NCBI GenBank assembly: GCA_964016885.1
Contig: OZ024740.1
Location: 352,036,001-352,100,000 of the forward strand
Source: Eledone cirrhosa
Taxonomy: Eukaryota
Reading direction: 5' to 3'
DNA: 64,000 nt
The position numbers were made by a program, and so were the translations under genes. Below the pieces are notes generated by a model. The model ran no database searches and was not told where the DNA came from. It saw only the letters and a list, made by a program, of their open reading frames with translations. Positions within the stretch are counted from its first letter, which is position 1. Every line of letters begins with the position of its first letter. This document shows, in pieces, positions 61,222 through 64,000 of this stretch.

Positions 61222-62735
61222 ATCACATCTAACCATGTCACTTGGAAATAAAATAAATGGCTAAAATAGTCATGCAAATTTTTATCTTTCATTTACTTAT
61301 TTTATGATGTTGTTGAAGAGAAAAAGGGGCTATTCTTTCTCCCTTAAAATATTAAAATGTAAATCTTCCTTCTTTAAGACACTATTGTGATGAAACATAT
61401 TAGTTGAGATGGGGTCCCCTGAACCTCAATTGAAAGTTGGGGACAGTAACAACTCAGAATAAGAACTGACTTGGACCATGACAACTAATCTAACACATAC
61501 CAACATAGAAAGCAGTCATGATGATGATGATGATGATAAAGATATATCAATATGACTTAATATACCAAAATTAAGATTCAGCTAAATATGGTCACTGTTG
61601 CTATGTTTCTTGCAGCTGCTCTTGAATCAAATATATTGAATTTAAAGAATAACATTAACACCAGTGGAAGAGGCTGGATATTCTGGTCACATAACTCAGT
61701 AGACAGAATTAATTAACTAAAGACTAAGCCAAAGAAGGCAACCTCTACACAATTACTTGACCTGTTAAAACAACAGCCAGCTCTTCCTGAAATCTCATTT
61801 TACTGTCATAACAAAGAAGAATATGTTAGACAATGTAATTTTATATACACTGCCAGAATAAAAGAAGGAATGGTTATGGCTAGAATGCATTTGATCATAT
61901 AACTATTCCATCGGAACTGATCTGGTTCTAAACAACAAAATTGTAGTGCTCCAGCATGGCCACAGTCCACTGGCTTAATTAGTCAAAGAATAATAACAAA
62001 TATCTAAAGAAAGGTACCCCTGCATGGCCTCAGGCTGGAACAGGTAAAAGAGTAACATATGAATTTAGTTACTGTTTTAATTTTTATAAATTTTGGTACC
62101 TACAATGAAAGATTGCACTATCAGATAGCATTTCATGTTATTACATTCTGAAGTAAATACCACAAAAAAGCTCCTAAGATTGGAAATTTTAGAGCAAAAG
62201 GCTAAACACCATACCACCTTAGTTTCAGATTTCTAGAATCTGTGATCAGTTCCCACCAGAGTTAGTTATATTGTTCATGTCCTACCTCATCATCATATTT
62301 ACATCCATTTTACATGTTGGTGTGGGTTCAACATAAAAAATAAAAGATGTCTACTGTGCCTAGGTTTTCCAAGCACTCACTTATTCATGAATAGAGATTT
62401 TAGAGCAAAAGATTAATACTGTATTATTTTAGTTTCACAACTAACTTCTGTGTTTGATTCCCACTAGAATCAATTTTGTTTTCCTCTCTCTCATCACCAA
62501 TGTTTTACATCTGCTTTCCATGCTAGCATGGGTAGGATATTAAAAAATTAAACATATTTGCAGTACCTAGGTTTCTTAAACATTCATCCATCCAACATTG
62601 AATTTTGAGAATGGTTCAAAGTTACAAATTGACATGGAAAGAGTATATAGTTGATCAAATCAAAGTCAGTGATGCTTGGAACTACTTATTTCTATGAATC
62701 CCCAAAGTTAATTCCAACAGGATTTTGCTATAGAT

Positions 62736-63135
62736 TAGAGGTTCTCAAAGTGGGCACTACTGCACCCTCAGAGGGCCTTGAGAAGGTCCAGGGGGTGCTG
62801 GGGTCTAAGGAAGAGGGGGGGGGGGTAGAAATGATACAATATTATATTAAATATCAAATAATACATGTTATATATAAATATAATTGTTTCTATTTTTGGC
62901 ACAAGGCCAGCAATTACCCAGTACATTACTGGTACTTTTATTTTATATATAAATATAATAAAATAAAAAATATATATTTATTTATACATATATTATATTA
63001 TTTATTATATATAAATTGACGACTTTATTATATATTTTTACAATTTTCATATAGGCAGGTCTCTCGGGAAACGGTGGAGGTGCTGAGGGTATTGTGTGGC
63101 TATGGATGGGGGGGGGGGCAGTTTGAGAACCTCTG
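62736..63135. mobile_element. hAT/Charlie-type MITE with perfect 8-bp TSD
   Basis: TIR TAGAGGTTCTCAAA / TTTGAGAACCTCTG. TSD CTATAGAT at 62728-62735 and 63136-63143. Confidence 0.88.
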
Positions 63136-63500
63136 CTATAGATGGTAGAAGAATTAAACTAAATACTGTTAGTGTAGTGCTCTACCCTCCCATTGATGCT
63201 ATTGATGCTATTCCACAACATTCAGTAACATTGATTTCTAATTGTGGTACACAAGGTCACAAGAGAGTGAGGAAGAGGTATGCTAGATTGAGTCAGCTCT
63301 AATGTATTATTTGATTTGATTTTATTGACCTCAAAGCAATAAAAAGCAAATTTAACTCTGGCAGGATTTGAATTTGGATGGTTGAGAGACAGAAGTAAAT
63401 ACTTTAAGCTCTAAGAATTATTTTACACTTTTAGTCACAAGTTGACTGCATCTCTACATGTCATAATAGGCAACTAAATGGGTTGATGCCAGGATGGGTT

Positions 63501-64000
63501 TCATCATCATCGATTAACATCCATCCTCCATGCTAGCATGGGTTAGACGGGTTTGTCCCATTTAGAGGCAATTTGGGTCGGGTGACCATGTCTCGTTCAC
63601 ATAGAACTGTTTCTGGCTGGTTTTCTTCAGCTGGATGCCCTTCCTACCGCCAGCCACATTTACAGTGTGGGCTGAATGCTTTTTGCCATGTCACCATCAC
63701 AACCACTTTACAGCATGGGCTGGGGGGAGCTTCACTGGATGCATTTACTTTGGCCTGTCCTCCTGGGGGGTGTATAAGAGGGTGCGTTGGGGCATACTGT
63801 ATATATGCTTCAGCTTGTGCTCGTGGGAAGTCAGGTCTTCTGTATTATTGCATATCACCAGAGATCCCGGTCATGTGTCATCACCTTTGAGAGGTGCAAT
63901 TGGGCATGGTCGGCTTTTATCACCACATCCTAAGTCTTCCTGGGTCTCCCAGATTCAAGGCTTCCATCGACTGAGTGCCCTGCACTTTTTTATGCAGCTG
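63501..64000 (-). mobile_element. RTE LINE 3' end (older copy of the 15.4-16.3 kb subfamily), running off the window
   Basis: Colinear with 15357-15855, including the ORF end and 3'UTR. Confidence 0.85.

Overview
AT-rich, repeat-dense animal genomic DNA with one 200-N assembly gap. The repeat spectrum (very long (TA)n arrays, (CAT)n-tailed RTE LINEs, tRNA-headed SINEs) is most like an octopus or other cephalopod; this is an inference. There is no complete protein-coding gene, and almost all long ORFs in the track are microsatellite artefacts. The recognisable coding sequence is transposon debris: young and old RTE-clade RT 3' ends, a Vingi/Ingi-like C-terminus, a mariner N-terminus and a hAT/Charlie C-terminus. 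There is also one weak candidate first exon on the minus strand in a CpG-rich patch near 31.1-31.5 kb. The most interesting signal is a set of short non-coding foldback (palindromic) elements embedded in (TA)n arrays at 10.7-14.5 kb, 24-25.4 kb and 32.3-33 kb. Each intact arm carries a minimal type-I hammerhead ribozyme with a palindromic stem III, one family has a compensatory U3-A8 catalytic core, and the elements share a 3'-terminal ACTC...GAGT(A/G)C hairpin. They look like a microsatellite-associated, Penelope-derived ribozyme retroelement system. All alignments and folds were done by eye; no database search was run.
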